Shown here piece after piece: positions 32,537 through 43,201 of a DNA stretch of 64,000 nt (positions are counted from its first letter, which is position 1; each line of letters opens with the position of its first letter). The notes below the pieces were generated by a model, which ran no database searches, was not told the DNA's origin, and saw nothing but the letters and a program-made list of their open reading frames with translations. A program made the translations under genes and the position numbers. The stretch is taken from the NCBI GenBank assembly GCA_963706325.1, contig CAVPLT010000004.1, forward strand, positions 64,001-128,000, given 5' to 3'. This DNA is from an uncultured Nitrospiraceae bacterium. GTDB taxonomy: Bacteria; Nitrospirota; Nitrospiria; Nitrospirales; Nitrospiraceae.

Positions 32537-33928
32537 ATGAGGGCACGAATGTCAGGAGGACTCATATGGGGGGCGGTCATGATGATGATCGTCGCCGCCA
32601 CGGTTTCGGTGAGAGCAGAAGAGCAGAGTGCGGGAGAGCAGAGTGCGGGAGAGGCGGCTGGAGCTGGACGTCTCAGCCGGGAAGTGGAAACGCCCCCGGC
32701 AGTGATTTGCGGAGGCTGTGTGAATCCCAGCTTTTGGACGCGAACTCAGGGCAAGGGCAGTATCGTCCCCTATGGCCGTATCGAATTGGATGCGATTTAT
32801 AGCAATAGAAATACCAACCCACTCGATCCCGGTCAGTTCAACGGCTACGCGACCGCCGCCGGAAAAAGCAGTAATGCCTCCTCCACCCTCAACCCTCGTT
32901 ATAGCGTGTTCGGCCTCCGAGCCGACCGGACTGACGGGAAACACACACTCACCGGTGTCGTAGAAGCGGATTTTTACAGCCAAACGGACAATGCCGGCAA
33001 TATTTCGCCCCGCCTGCGATTGGCCAACGTCAAGTACTCACCGAACAATAGTCGGACGACCATTACGGCAGGTATGGATTGGACGCCGATCATGTCGTCC
33101 CATCCGAATCTAATCGATTTTTCAATCATGGGCTATAACGGCAATCTGTGGCAGCGTCTTCCGCAGATCACCGTGAAGCAGCAATTCACCGAAAGCGTCA
33201 ACGGCCTCCTGACGGTCATGCGATTCGAACGCGGACTGTCGGCCATTCAACCCCAGACACAACGGCGGCCTTTTCAAGGCGCGGGCGCGGGGGCGGCGGC
33301 TCCCGGCAGTTGCGGGACCAGCGGCTTTGCCTGTTCCGAAAACGCCTTCAACGATCCGGTCCAGATGCCCTACGTGGGGACGCGATTCGCTTACATGGGG
33401 ACTGGTGATCAGGCGGGCTTCATGATGGCGCTGAGTGCGGCCGTTCGGCATTACCGCTCTGCGCCCACGCCTGGAGGTATTCCTGCCGGAAACGATATCA
33501 ATTCATACCTCGTAGGCGCGGAACTCGCGGTCCCCTTGACCAGCCGATTGAAGTTTACCGGTGAGGTGGGCTATGGCCAGGCGCTGGGAGTGGAATTTTT
33601 CCGCTTTGGACAGGAGCGGAACCTCGGCACCGGAAAGGCAATCCGTACCGTTGTCGGGTGGGGAGAGTTAGATTATGCCTACGATCGGCAGCTCACCCTA
33701 ATTGCAGGATATGGGTTCGACAACCCGCTGAATTCCGATCTGCGTGGCACCACCGCCGGGCCAGATACGCAGTATGTGCTCAATCATCGGACCTATCTGA
33801 CCGCCGTCCGCCACATCTGGGGAGATTTGTACGCGTCTTTCGAGTGGAATCACCTCATGACTGAATGGTCCACCAGCGAACATTTTGCCGGCGATAATTT
33901 CATGCTCTCAACTTGGTATAACTTCTAG
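32537..33928 (+). CDS. Putative outer-membrane porin heading the urea operon
   Basis: Signal peptide, YGRIELDAIY, VEADF, PRLRLA (DcaP-like pattern), terminal aromatic strand WYNF; AGGAGG RBS. Confidence 0.75.
   Translation: MRARMSGGLIWGAVMMMIVAATVSVRAEEQSAGEQSAGEAAGAGRLSREVETPPAVICGGCVNPSFWTRTQGKGSIVPYGRIELDAIYSNRNTNPLDPGQFNGYATAAGKSSNASSTLNPRYSVFGLRADRTDGKHTLTGVVEADFYSQTDNAGNISPRLRLANVKYSPNNSRTTITAGMDWTPIMSSHPNLIDFSIMGYNGNLWQRLPQITVKQQFTESVNGLLTVMRFERGLSAIQPQTQRRPFQGAGAGAAAPGSCGTSGFACSENAFNDPVQMPYVGTRFAYMGTGDQAGFMMALSAAVRHYRSAPTPGGIPAGNDINSYLVGAELAVPLTSRLKFTGEVGYGQALGVEFFRFGQERNLGTGKAIRTVVGWGELDYAYDRQLTLIAGYGFDNPLNSDLRGTTAGPDTQYVLNHRTYLTAVRHIWGDLYASFEWNHLMTEWSTSEHFAGDNFMLSTWYNF
32621..32653 (+). 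repeat. In-frame 15-bp tandem duplication in the porin N-terminus
   Basis: GAGCAGAGTGCGGGA x2 plus GAG, encoding EQSAG-EQSAG-E. Confidence 0.9.
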
Positions 33929-33955
33929 CCGAGCGATGATGGCGAAAGGAGTCTC

Positions 33956-35323
33956 ATGATGAGTTCTCAAAAACCACAGGATGGAAATGACGCGATATCC
34001 GGTTCAAAGCCCGAGGTGCCTTCCTCGCGGCGCGAGTTTCTGCTCCACAGTTCGAGGACCGCGGTTGGCATTGGAGTCGCGGCATTACTGGGAAATCTCG
34101 GCCACTGGGCCCTTTCCTACGGGGCCGACAAGGAACCGATCAAGATCGGCGTGCTGCACTCGCTCAGCGGCACGATGGCGATCAGCGAAGTGTCATTGAA
34201 GGATGTCGTCTCGATGGCAGTTGAAGAGATCAATGCCAAGGGCGGACTGCTGGGGCGCCAGCTGAAACTGGTCATTGTCGACCCGGCTTCCAATTGGGAC
34301 CTGTTTGCGGAAAAGGCCAAGCAGTTGTTGGTGCAAGATAAGGTCGCCGTGGTCTTCGGCTGCTGGACATCCGTCAGCCGGAAATCCGTCTTGCCGGTGT
34401 TTGAAAAGAACAACGGCTTGCTCTTTTATCCCGTACAGTACGAGGGAGAAGAGTGCTCCCGAAACGTATTCTACACCGGGGCGGCGGTGAATCAGCAGGC
34501 CGTGCCGGCCGTTGAATATCTGATGAGCAAAGAAGGCGGCGGGTTTAAAAAGTTCTATCTCTTGGGGACGGACTACGTCTATCCAAGGACCACGAACAAG
34601 ATTCTTCGCGCGATGTTGCTGGCCAAGAAAGTGTCCGCAGCCAATATCATGGAGGAATATACTCCATTCCACCATCAAGACTATCAAACCATCGTCGGCA
34701 AGATTAAAAAGTTTTCGGCCGGTGGTGGCGCCTGTGTCATTAGTACGATCAACGGCGACAGCAATGTGCCGTTTTACAAAGAATTCGCCAATCAGGGGTT
34801 GCGCGCTGAAGATGCGCCGATCATGGCCTTCAGCGTCGCCGAGGACGAACTACGTGGGATGGACAAGACAGCCTTGGTCGGCCATTTGGCGGCATGGAAT
34901 TATTACCAGAGCGTCGACGCGCCTCAGAATAAGCAGTTTGTGGCAAGCTTTAAGGCCTATTGCAAAAAGAATAACTTGCCGGACGGAGACAAGCGGGTGA
35001 CCGACGATCCCATCGAGGCGGCCTATTTTGGGGTGCATGTCTGGAAGCAGGCGGTCGAGAAAGCGGGCAGCACCGATGTCGACGCGGTTCGCACGGCGGT
35101 GTATGGACAGAAATTCCTCGCGCCGGGTGGCGAGATCATGATGGATGAGGCCAACCACCATACAAACAAGCCGGTATTGATCGGGGAAATCCTCAAGGAT
35201 GGTCAATTCAAAGTTGTGTGGCGGTCAAGAGGTTTGGTCAAACCAGAACCCTGGAGCGAATACACCAACCCCGAAAAGGGATGCGATTGGGTCAAGCATC
35301 AAGGAACCTATAAAAAAGCCTGA
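33956..35323 (+). CDS. urtA: Urea ABC transporter substrate-binding protein
   Basis: Tat motif SRREFL; IKIGVLHSLSGTMAISE, FGCWTSVSRK, FYPVQYEGEE, GTDYVYPR. Confidence 0.95.
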   Translation: MMSSQKPQDGNDAISGSKPEVPSSRREFLLHSSRTAVGIGVAALLGNLGHWALSYGADKEPIKIGVLHSLSGTMAISEVSLKDVVSMAVEEINAKGGLLGRQLKLVIVDPASNWDLFAEKAKQLLVQDKVAVVFGCWTSVSRKSVLPVFEKNNGLLFYPVQYEGEECSRNVFYTGAAVNQQAVPAVEYLMSKEGGGFKKFYLLGTDYVYPRTTNKILRAMLLAKKVSAANIMEEYTPFHHQDYQTIVGKIKKFSAGGGACVISTINGDSNVPFYKEFANQGLRAEDAPIMAFSVAEDELRGMDKTALVGHLAAWNYYQSVDAPQNKQFVASFKAYCKKNNLPDGDKRVTDDPIEAAYFGVHVWKQAVEKAGSTDVDAVRTAVYGQKFLAPGGEIMMDEANHHTNKPVLIGEILKDGQFKVVWRSRGLVKPEPWSEYTNPEKGCDWVKHQGTYKKA

Positions 35324-35349
35324 CGGAGACCGTCACTCAGGCGTCGGCA

Positions 35350-36913
35350 ATGAATGAAGGTACGCTGCGAATGAATCTCGTCGTTGGGATGGTGTTGGTC
35401 TGGTGCTGTGTGGCATGGGGCGTGAGTGATGGGTTGGCGGCGGAGGCGCTCACGGGTGGCTCCCCGCCGATTCAGCTTGAGCAGGCGTTAAAAGACCTGT
35501 CCAGTGAGGAGGAGGCGACGCGAGAGCAAGCGATTCGTGCACTGATCGCACAGGGGGACGCGACCTGGCTGCCACGCCTGGATGAGTTGCGGGCCAACGC
35601 GGATCGAAGTCTGCGCATGGCGATCAAGCCTGTGGCGGATGCCTGGAGACACCGCGCCAATCTGAGCAGTCCGGATGTCGATACGCGGCGGTCGGCAGCG
35701 GCTGATTTGGGGGCCAGCGGAAGGACAGTGGCCCTTCCTTGGCTGGAAGCTGCGGCGGCGGCCGAATCCCATCGTTGGGTTCGGTATGCGATGGATGAGT
35801 CGGCCCAGATGTTGCGGCTCGCTTCCGAGGACCCGGCGGCGAAGACTCAGGCTGCAACGAAATTGGGAGAGATGCGCAGCCAGAATGCCGTACCGGCATT
35901 GAAGGAACTGGTCCAAGCGGCCGCTGAGGCAGATGGAAGCGAGCAGCAGAAGATTGTCGCGCGTGCGGCTGCTGCCGCCATCGATCAAATCGAAACATGG
36001 AACGTGTGGTCGACGGCAATCGAAACGGTGTTTCGCGGCATCAGCTTAAGTTCCATCCTCCTCATCATGTCCGTAGGGCTCGCGATCGTCTTCGGGTTGA
36101 TGGGCGTCATCAACATGGCGCACGGCGAGCTGATGATGATCGGCGCCTATGCCACCTTTGTGATGCAGGAATGTTTTAAACTCTATTTTCCTCCAACCTG
36201 GTTTGATGCCTATTACCTCGCGGCCCTCCCGGCTTCGTTTCTGTGCCGCGGCACTATTCGGATTGTTGCTAGAAGCGACGGTCATTCGATTCCTGTACGG
36301 CCGCCCGCTCGAAACGATGTTGGCAACCTGGGGAGTCAGCCTGATTTTGATCCAGGGAGCGCGCATCTATTTCGGTGATTTGACGGCTGTCTCCGCTCCG
36401 GCCTGGCTCAACGGCGGGACGCAGGTCATGGTCGGGGTGTTCCTGCCCTTCAATCGCCTGTTCATCATCGGCCTCTCCATTCTCTGTGTCACGGGTATTT
36501 ATGTGTTGCTGTTCCGGTCGAGCGTAGGATTGCGAGTGCGGGCGGTCACGCAGAACCGGAACATGAGCGCCTGTCTGGGCATTCCCACCAGGAAGGTAGA
36601 TGCCTACACGTTTGCGTTCGGTTCGGGGTTGGCTGGTATAGCGGGCTGGGCCCTGACCTTAGTGGGCAATGTCGAGCCGGGACTGGGGCAGAACTACATC
36701 GTGGACTCCTTTATGGTGGTGGTGACCGGCGGAGTCGGAAAACTTGCCGGAACCATTATTGCCTCGCTCGGCATCGGCGGATTGAACAAACTGATGGAGC
36801 CCAGTCTCGGAGCGGTCTACGCCAAGGTGTTGATTCTTGTGCTGGTGATTCTCTTCCTGCAGCGACGACCCTCGGGGCTGTTTGCGGTTAAGGGGCGTCA
36901 CGCCGAGGGGTAA
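35350..36913 (+). CDS. urtB: Urea ABC permease UrtB with N-terminal HEAT-like repeats; one frameshift near 36238-36247
   Basis: GLAIVFGLMGVINMAHGE in ORF 35350-36378 continues as LYGRPLETMLATWG..VDSFMVVV.GGVG in ORF 36203-36913; one extra base. Confidence 0.9.
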
Positions 36914-36929
36914 GGATAGAGCAGGAGGA

Positions 36930-38078
36930 ATGGCAGAACCATTGGCACCACAGTCGAATGCGGAGCGGAACGAAGGCACCCTCTTTTGGGTCGTCGGTTT
37001 CGTGCTTCTATTTGTGCTTCCCATCCTCAATGTGTTGCCGGAGGAGGATTCCTGGCTGCACCTTTCCGATTTTGCTCTGAACCGATTCGGAAAGTTCCTC
37101 GCCTTTGCCATTCTAGCGCTCGGCCTCGATTTGATCTGGGGATATGCGGGTATTCTCAGTTTGGGACAGGGCGTCTTCTTTGGGTTGGGCGCCTACTGTA
37201 TGGGGATGCACCTCATGCTCACCATCGGGAATGAGAGTGTTTACGGCAGCGCCCTGCCGGATTTCATGGTCTGGAATCAGGTCACTGAATTGCCGTTTTT
37301 CTGGAAGCCGTTTTATAGCTTCACCGCTGCCGTTGTGGCGGGTGTACTGGTGCCGGCCGGCTTCGCGCTCCTGTTCGGGTTTCTTGCCTTCCGCAGCCGA
37401 ATCCGCGGCGTCTATTTCGCCATCATCACGCAGGCTCTGGCGCTCATGGCTTGGCTCGTCTTCAATCGGAACGAAACGAATCTGGGCGGGACCAACGGCC
37501 TGACTGACTTCAAGACCATCCTCGGATTTCGGTTGTCCGAGCCTGGGACGCAACTGGCCCTCTATGTCGTCACGGTATTGTGTCTCGGGGGAGCCTATCT
37601 ATTCTGCCGCTGGATCATCGCCTCGCGGGCCGGTCGAGTCCTGATTGCCATTCGTGACAGCGAACAGCGAGTCCTCTTTTCCGGCTACTCGCCGGCCAAC
37701 TACAAACTGTTCGTCTTCGTGGTGTCGGCGGCGCTGGCCGGCCTCGCAGGCATTCTCTATGTTCCTCAAGTCGGCATCATCACCCCGGCGCAAATGGGGG
37801 TGCTTCCCTCGCTTGAAATGGTGATCTGGGTGGCGGTGGGAGGCCGCGCGACGCTTGTGGGAGCCATCGTCGGAGCAGTGGGCGTCAACCTTGGCCGCAG
37901 TATCCTCACGAACCATTTTCCGGAACTGTGGCCATTCTTTCTAGGCGGGCTCTTTGTCGTCGTCGTGCTGCTGTTTCCCGACGGCGTCATGGGGATCGCC
38001 AAGAGGGCAAGTGAGAAGATGACGGTGCGAGCCGACCGTATACGAAAGGCTCCGGCCGTGGAAGAGGAGCAGGCATGA
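36930..38078 (+). CDS. urtC: Urea ABC permease UrtC
   Basis: ALGLDLIWGYAGILSLGQG.FFGLG.Y, GVYFAIITQAL, GGTNGLTDF, VAVGGR. Confidence 0.94.
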   Translation: MAEPLAPQSNAERNEGTLFWVVGFVLLFVLPILNVLPEEDSWLHLSDFALNRFGKFLAFAILALGLDLIWGYAGILSLGQGVFFGLGAYCMGMHLMLTIGNESVYGSALPDFMVWNQVTELPFFWKPFYSFTAAVVAGVLVPAGFALLFGFLAFRSRIRGVYFAIITQALALMAWLVFNRNETNLGGTNGLTDFKTILGFRLSEPGTQLALYVVTVLCLGGAYLFCRWIIASRAGRVLIAIRDSEQRVLFSGYSPANYKLFVFVVSAALAGLAGILYVPQVGIITPAQMGVLPSLEMVIWVAVGGRATLVGAIVGAVGVNLGRSILTNHFPELWPFFLGGLFVVVVLLFPDGVMGIAKRASEKMTVRADRIRKAPAVEEEQA

Positions 38079-38842
38079 CGGAACACGGCTCCATCATCTA
38101 CTTGGAAGGCGTCACCGTCGATTATGATGGTTTCAAAGCCTTGAACAATTTGAATTTCATCGTGAACCATCGCGAACTCCGAGTGGTGATCGGGCCGAAC
38201 GGCGCAGGGAAGACGACATTGTTGGACGTCATCTCAGGTAAGACCAAGCCGGCAGCTGGGCGTGTCATCTTCGGCAAGGATACCGATCTCATCGGCATGC
38301 GAGAGTACGAGATTACGCAACTCGGCATCGGCCGAAAATTTCAGGCTCCGTCCATCTATGGCAATCTTACCGTCTGGGAAAATCTTGACCTGTCGTTGAG
38401 CCGTCCCAGCAAGGGCGTTTTGTTCACGTTGAGAGGCCAGTCCACAGCGGCAGAACGGCAACAGATCGACGAGGCCTTGGACACTATTGGATTGACCGCA
38501 CAGGCGCGTCTGCGAGCGGGATCGCTGTCTCACGGCCAGAAGCAATGGCTAGAAATCGGCATGGTGATTCTGCAGGATCCGGAGTTATTGCTAGTGGATG
38601 AACCGGTGGCGGGCATGACAGACGAAGAGACCGCGCAAACGGGACGGTTGCTTCAGTCGCTGGCGGAAAAACACGCAATTATCGTCATTGAGCACGACAT
38701 GGAGTTTGTGCGGCAGATCGCGCGTATCGTGACGGTGCTGCACGAGGGAACCGTCATTTGCGAAGGACCGGTAGAAAAGGTCCAGGCTGATGACAGAGTG
38801 AGAGAGATTTATCTGGGACGCCAAAAGGTGGCACATGCTTAA
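38075..38842 (+). CDS. urtD: Urea ABC ATPase UrtD
   Basis: [38 protein letters not shown]. Confidence 0.95.
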   Translation: MTEHGSIIYLEGVTVDYDGFKALNNLNFIVNHRELRVVIGPNGAGKTTLLDVISGKTKPAAGRVIFGKDTDLIGMREYEITQLGIGRKFQAPSIYGNLTVWENLDLSLSRPSKGVLFTLRGQSTAAERQQIDEALDTIGLTAQARLRAGSLSHGQKQWLEIGMVILQDPELLLVDEPVAGMTDEETAQTGRLLQSLAEKHAIIVIEHDMEFVRQIARIVTVLHEGTVICEGPVEKVQADDRVREIYLGRQKVAHA

Positions 38843-38973
38843 CAGGATGGTGAAAAGCGCTCCCAGCGTAGTTCTCGGCTCGGCAAGGTCCTCAACGTAC
38901 CCGGAGGGCACGCCTCCGGTCTTCTCTCGCCGGCGGCGTTGTGGAACACTTTTGACCTCCTTTGAACATCCTG
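38843..38973 (+). repeat. Palindromic intergenic repeat element, copy 1
   Basis: Ends CAGGATG.T.AAA/TTT.A.CATCCTG; core CCTCAACGTACCCGGAGGGCACGCCTCCGG. Confidence 0.8.
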
Positions 38974-38995
38974 GAGGAGTAATCGAAGCAATACT

Positions 38996-39705
38996 ATGTT
39001 GCGACTAGAGAAGGTCAACGTCTATTACGGCGAAAGCCACATTCTTCGGAACGTCTCGTTTCACATCGAAGCCGGCCAGGTGGCGTGCGTGATGGGTCGT
39101 AATGGTGTCGGCAAGTCGACGACGCTCAAGGCCATCATGGGTCTTTTGCCGGTGCGCAGCGGCCAAGTCACTTTCGATGGAACGGATATTACGAAGGTGT
39201 CGACTGACCGACGGGCCAAGGCGGGCTTGCTTATGTTCCGCAGGGGCGAGAGATTATTCCGCATTTGACGGTGCATGAAAACCTCCAACTGGGGTATTGG
39301 GCACGCGGGAGCACCGGGAATGGAAATTCAGAAAAGGCCGCTTTCGACGAGGTCTATTCGCTTTTCCCCAAGCTCACCCAGATTCGAGAGCGGCCGGGTG
39401 GTGTGTTGAGCGGTGGGGAACAGCAGCAACTGGCCATCGGACGCGCAATTCTGTCGAATCCCAAAGTCTTGCTGCTCGATGAACCGACCGAAGGCATTCA
39501 ACCGTCCATCGTGGATCAGATCGAGGATGTGATCATTGGCTTCAAAACGGCGCGCCGGTTCGCGATTGTCTTAGTCGAGCAGGGCCTGCATTTTGCCGCC
39601 AGGCTGGCCGACTGTTATGTCGTGATGGCCAAAGGAGCGGTGATGGCGGCGGGGAAAAAGGATGAGCTGAGCGCCGAGATGGTAAAGCAGCACTTGACGG
39701 TATAG
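38996..39705 (+). CDS. urtE: Urea ABC ATPase UrtE; one frameshift near 39228
   Basis: YYGESHIL, MGRNGVGKST in the first frame; YVPQGREI, LSGGEQQQLAIGRA, LDEPTEGIQPSI in the second frame. Confidence 0.9.
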
Positions 39706-39964
39706 GCGGAAAGGTCTCACGAGACACCGCTGACTCGTTGGCGTCAGCCGCCCTATGCTTGTCATTCCTCGCCCCGCCACCTCGCAGCCGAGCACAAGAA
39801 GACCGTGCTGATTCCATAACCGCCAAGGAAAGCCCCAAGTGTGATACGACACCAGGCCGTAGCCTCTTGCTAAGCTGTCGAAAGGAGACGGTTGATCTGC
39901 TCGACCTCGGTCGCTACTATGTGTCCAGCATGTCGTGCTGTTTCCTTTTCCCGCCTGCGGAGGA

Positions 39965-40393
39965 GTGGTCCTGAAGGCATTTCCCAAGATACCAGTTGTG
40001 GTCTGCTTCCTCAGTTTGGCAGCTTGTGCAACAGGAAATTACACGCCGCTCGGGGAGGCTGATAAAGATCAGGTCGAGCAGCTGAAGGACAATGTCTACC
40101 GTGTCGAGTATCGCGTCAGCTCGTTCACGTCGCAGAAACAGTTGGATGCCTATTTGCGTCGCCGCTGCGCCGAATTGACGTTGCGGGAAGGCTACGATTA
40201 TTTTCACCTTGCGCAGCGCGCCGATGTCCTGGCACTCTCGCGCCGCACTTCGATGACGGTGACGATGTATAGGGGACAGATGCCCGCTGGCGCGGGTGAT
40301 CTCTATGATGCGAAGCATGTCTTAGCTGAGTCGGCGGCGGTCATTAAGAATGATTATCGAATGACGTGTGACGAGGTCCGGATATGCATCTGA
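39965..40393 (+). CDS. Hypothetical lipoprotein (resembles CC0125/CC1285-type lipoproteins)
   Basis: Lipobox LAAC; YRVEY...TS.....[16 protein letters not shown]; start uncertain; family name is from recall. Confidence 0.6.
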   Translation: MVLKAFPKIPVVVCFLSLAACATGNYTPLGEADKDQVEQLKDNVYRVEYRVSSFTSQKQLDAYLRRRCAELTLREGYDYFHLAQRADVLALSRRTSMTVTMYRGQMPAGAGDLYDAKHVLAESAAVIKNDYRMTCDEVRICI

Positions 40394-40686
40394 CACCGCG
40401 TGAGCAAGAAAAGCTACTGATTTACGTGGCGGCCAAGCTGGCCAAAGACCGCAAGGGGCGAGGGCTGAAGCTCAACCACCCTGAAGCGGTCGCATTTATT
40501 ACGGCGGAGATTCTGGAGGGAATTCGCGACGGTAAGTCGGTGTCGGAACTGATGAGTCATGGCGCCACGTTACTCACACGACAAGATGTCATGTCAGGCG
40601 TACCGGAGATGATTCCTGAACTTCAGGTCGAGGGCACGTTCCCGGATGGCACGAAACTGGTGACTGTGCATGAGCCGATACGATAG
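40384..40686 (+). CDS. ureA: Urease gamma subunit
   Basis: [37 protein letters not shown]. Confidence 0.99.
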   Translation: MHLTPREQEKLLIYVAAKLAKDRKGRGLKLNHPEAVAFITAEILEGIRDGKSVSELMSHGATLLTRQDVMSGVPEMIPELQVEGTFPDGTKLVTVHEPIR

Positions 40687-40694
40687 GTAATGGA

Positions 40695-41159
40695 ATGAAG
40701 AAGACCTCCAAGATTGGTTCGAAGAAGTCACTCTCGAAGATGCTCCCCTCAGCCGGTGCGGGCAAGAAACCAAAACCGGAGCCCATTATTCCCGGAGAAA
40801 TCATTCTCGGAGAAGGCGACATCCTGGCGTTGCATGGTCGGCCGACGCTGGATGTAACCGTGTCCAACACCGGCGATCGCCCGATTCAAGTGGGCTCCCA
40901 TTGCCATTTTTTCGAGGCCAATCGGGCACTGAGGTTTGATCGCGAGAAGAGCTACGGGTTTCGCCTTCGAGTGCCAGCGGGGACGGCGGTGCGCTTTGAG
41001 CCAGGTGAATCGAAGCGAGTGACGCTGGTCGCTCTCGGCGGCAGTCGCGTGGCCTATGGCATCAATGGATTGGTGAATGGACGCTTGGATGACGCCACGG
41101 TGAAGCAGCAGGCGCTCGACTGCGCTCGACAACTGGGTTTCATCGCGAAGAAATCTTAA
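40695..41159 (+). CDS. ureB: Urease beta subunit with Lys-rich N-terminal extension
   Basis: [33 protein letters not shown]. Confidence 0.98.
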   Translation: MKKTSKIGSKKSLSKMLPSAGAGKKPKPEPIIPGEIILGEGDILALHGRPTLDVTVSNTGDRPIQVGSHCHFFEANRALRFDREKSYGFRLRVPAGTAVRFEPGESKRVTLVALGGSRVAYGINGLVNGRLDDATVKQQALDCARQLGFIAKKS

Positions 41160-41189
41160 ACGGGCAGTGAGTGTGTCACGAAAGGAGAA

Positions 41190-41312
41190 CGGCTGCTCAA
41201 AACGGTCATCCAACGAGGCACGCAGGCGAAGTCGGAGCCGGAGGCGTACCCTTGGGGTACGTTGAGGCGCTGACTAGCCGAGAACGAAGTTGGAGACTGG
41301 TTTCAGCAGCCG
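41190..41312 (-). repeat. Palindromic intergenic repeat element, copy 2 (inverted)
   Basis: Ends CGGCTGCT.AAA/TTT.AGCAGCCG; core 41238-41267 is the exact reverse complement of the copy 3 core. Confidence 0.85.
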
Positions 41313-41318
41313 ATTAGC

Positions 41319-43046
41319 ATGAAGATTCCCAGACGCCAATATAACGACCTCTACGGGCCCACCATAGGGGACCGGATCCGCCTGGCCGATACGGACTTGC
41401 TGGTCGAGATCACGCGCGATCTGACCGTGCCTGGTGAAGAGGCCAAGTTCGGCGGCGGCAAGGTGATTCGCGACGGCATGGGACAGTCTCCAGCTGCCAC
41501 CAGGGCCAAGGGCGCGCTGGATCTCGTCATTACAAATGCGATCATCATCGATTGGTGGGGCATCGTGAAGGCCGACATTGGAATTCGTGACGGACGTATC
41601 GTGGGCATCGGCAAATCCGGAAGCTCCGACGTGATGGATGGCGTGACGAAGGGCATGGAGATCGGCCCTTGTACTGAGGTGTTGTCGGCTGAGGGAAAAA
41701 TCGTCACCGCCGGCGGGATCGACACGCATATCCATTTCATCTGCCCCCAGATCATCACCGAGGCGCTGGCGAACGGACTGACGACGCTTATCGGCGGAGG
41801 CACCGGCCCGGCTACCGGGACAAATGCGACGACCTGCACGCCGGGACCATGGAACATTCACCGCATGCTGGAGGCGGCGGATGGGTTTCCGATCAATCTG
41901 GGTTTTCTGGGCAAGGGCAACTCGTCGCTGCCGGAGGGATTGAACGAGCAGGTCGAGGCAGGCGCGATTGGACTGAAGCTGCATGAAGATTGGGGAACGA
42001 CGCCGGCCGCCATCGATACTTGCCTGAGCGTCGCGGAGCGTTACGACGTGCAGGTGGCGATTCATACCGACACGATCAACGAAGCCGGGTTCGTGGAGGA
42101 TACGATTAAAGCTTTTAAGGGTCGGACGATCCACTCGTTCCACACGGAAGGGGCCGGTGGAGGTCATGCTCCGGATATCATTAAAGTCTGCGGCGAGCCG
42201 AACGTGTTGCCCTCCTCGACGAATCCCACCATGCCGTTCACGGTCAATACGATGGATGAGCATCTCGACATGCTGATGGTGTGCCACCATCTGAATCCGC
42301 GTGTACCCGAAGATATCGCCTTTGCCGAATCGCGCATCCGCCGTGAAACGATCGCCGCCGAAGATATCTTGCACGATATGGGCGCGATCAGCATCATGTC
42401 ATCCGATTCGCAGGCGATGGGACGGGTGGGCGAAGTCATCATCCGCACATGGCAAACGGCGCATAAAATGAAAGTACAGCGAGGACATTTGTCGGAGCGT
42501 GGCACCGACAACTCAGATGGACAACACGATAATTGGCGTGCCCGGCGGTACGTGGCAAAGTACACCATCAATCCCGCCATCGCGCATGGGGTGGCCCATG
42601 AGGTAGGGTCGATTGAAGTCGGCAAATTGGCGGATCTCGTGTTATGGAAACCGGCTTTCTTCGGGGTCAAGCCTGAGATCGTCCTAAAGGGTGGGTTCCC
42701 GATGTCGGCGGCCATGGGCGATCCCAACGCTTCAATCCCGACGCCGCAGCCGGTATTGACGCGGCCCATGTTCGGGAGCTTTGGCCGCGCGCCCTTCTCC
42801 ACGAGTCTGACGTTTCTCTCTCAGAAGGCCTTGGAGCGGGAGGTGCCGAAGCAGTTGGGATTGCAGAAACGCGTCGTGGCGGTCAAAGGCTGTCGAAATA
42901 TCGGTAAGCAGGATCTGAAATTGAATGATGCGTTGCCACGGATTGAGGTTGATTCCGAAACATATGAAGTGCGCGCCGATGGGGAATTGCTCACATGTGA
43001 ACCGGTGGCGCTATTGCCGATGGCGCAACGTTACTTCTTGTTCTGA
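41319..43046 (+). CDS. ureC: Urease alpha subunit
   Basis: [43 protein letters not shown]. Confidence 0.99.
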   Translation: MKIPRRQYNDLYGPTIGDRIRLADTDLLVEITRDLTVPGEEAKFGGGKVIRDGMGQSPAATRAKGALDLVITNAIIIDWWGIVKADIGIRDGRIVGIGKSGSSDVMDGVTKGMEIGPCTEVLSAEGKIVTAGGIDTHIHFICPQIITEALANGLTTLIGGGTGPATGTNATTCTPGPWNIHRMLEAADGFPINLGFLGKGNSSLPEGLNEQVEAGAIGLKLHEDWGTTPAAIDTCLSVAERYDVQVAIHTDTINEAGFVEDTIKAFKGRTIHSFHTEGAGGGHAPDIIKVCGEPNVLPSSTNPTMPFTVNTMDEHLDMLMVCHHLNPRVPEDIAFAESRIRRETIAAEDILHDMGAISIMSSDSQAMGRVGEVIIRTWQTAHKMKVQRGHLSERGTDNSDGQHDNWRARRYVAKYTINPAIAHGVAHEVGSIEVGKLADLVLWKPAFFGVKPEIVLKGGFPMSAAMGDPNASIPTPQPVLTRPMFGSFGRAPFSTSLTFLSQKALEREVPKQLGLQKRVVAVKGCRNIGKQDLKLNDALPRIEVDSETYEVRADGELLTCEPVALLPMAQRYFLF

Positions 43047-43048
43047 CA

Positions 43049-43165
43049 GCCGCTGAAAACGCCGTCCAGCGGCGTTCTCACCTCGAACGCATCCTCAACG
43101 TACCCCAAGGGTACGCCTCCGGTGCGTTCGTCGGCTGCGGCCTTGCTGGGCACGTTTTGAGCGGC
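43049..43165 (+). repeat. Palindromic intergenic repeat element, copy 3
   Basis: Ends GCCGCT.AAAAC/GTTTT.AGCGGC; core CCTCAACGTACCCCAAGGGTACGCCTCCGG at 43093-43122. Confidence 0.85.
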
Positions 43166-43201
43166 CTATTGAACATAGCCAGTGGTTAGTGAGTTCCGAA
43201 T

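Noticed and set aside
39706..39960. urtE-lipoprotein spacer as an ncRNA or riboswitch
   Set aside because: Has short stems but no motif I can recognise and no ANTAR-type loops
41274..42374. 366-aa minus-strand ORF
   Set aside because: Lies opposite ureC; shadow ORF
41190..43165. ureC as cargo of a composite transposon
   Set aside because: Flanking repeats are short non-coding elements with different ends; no transposase or target duplication seen, and ureC is in normal order
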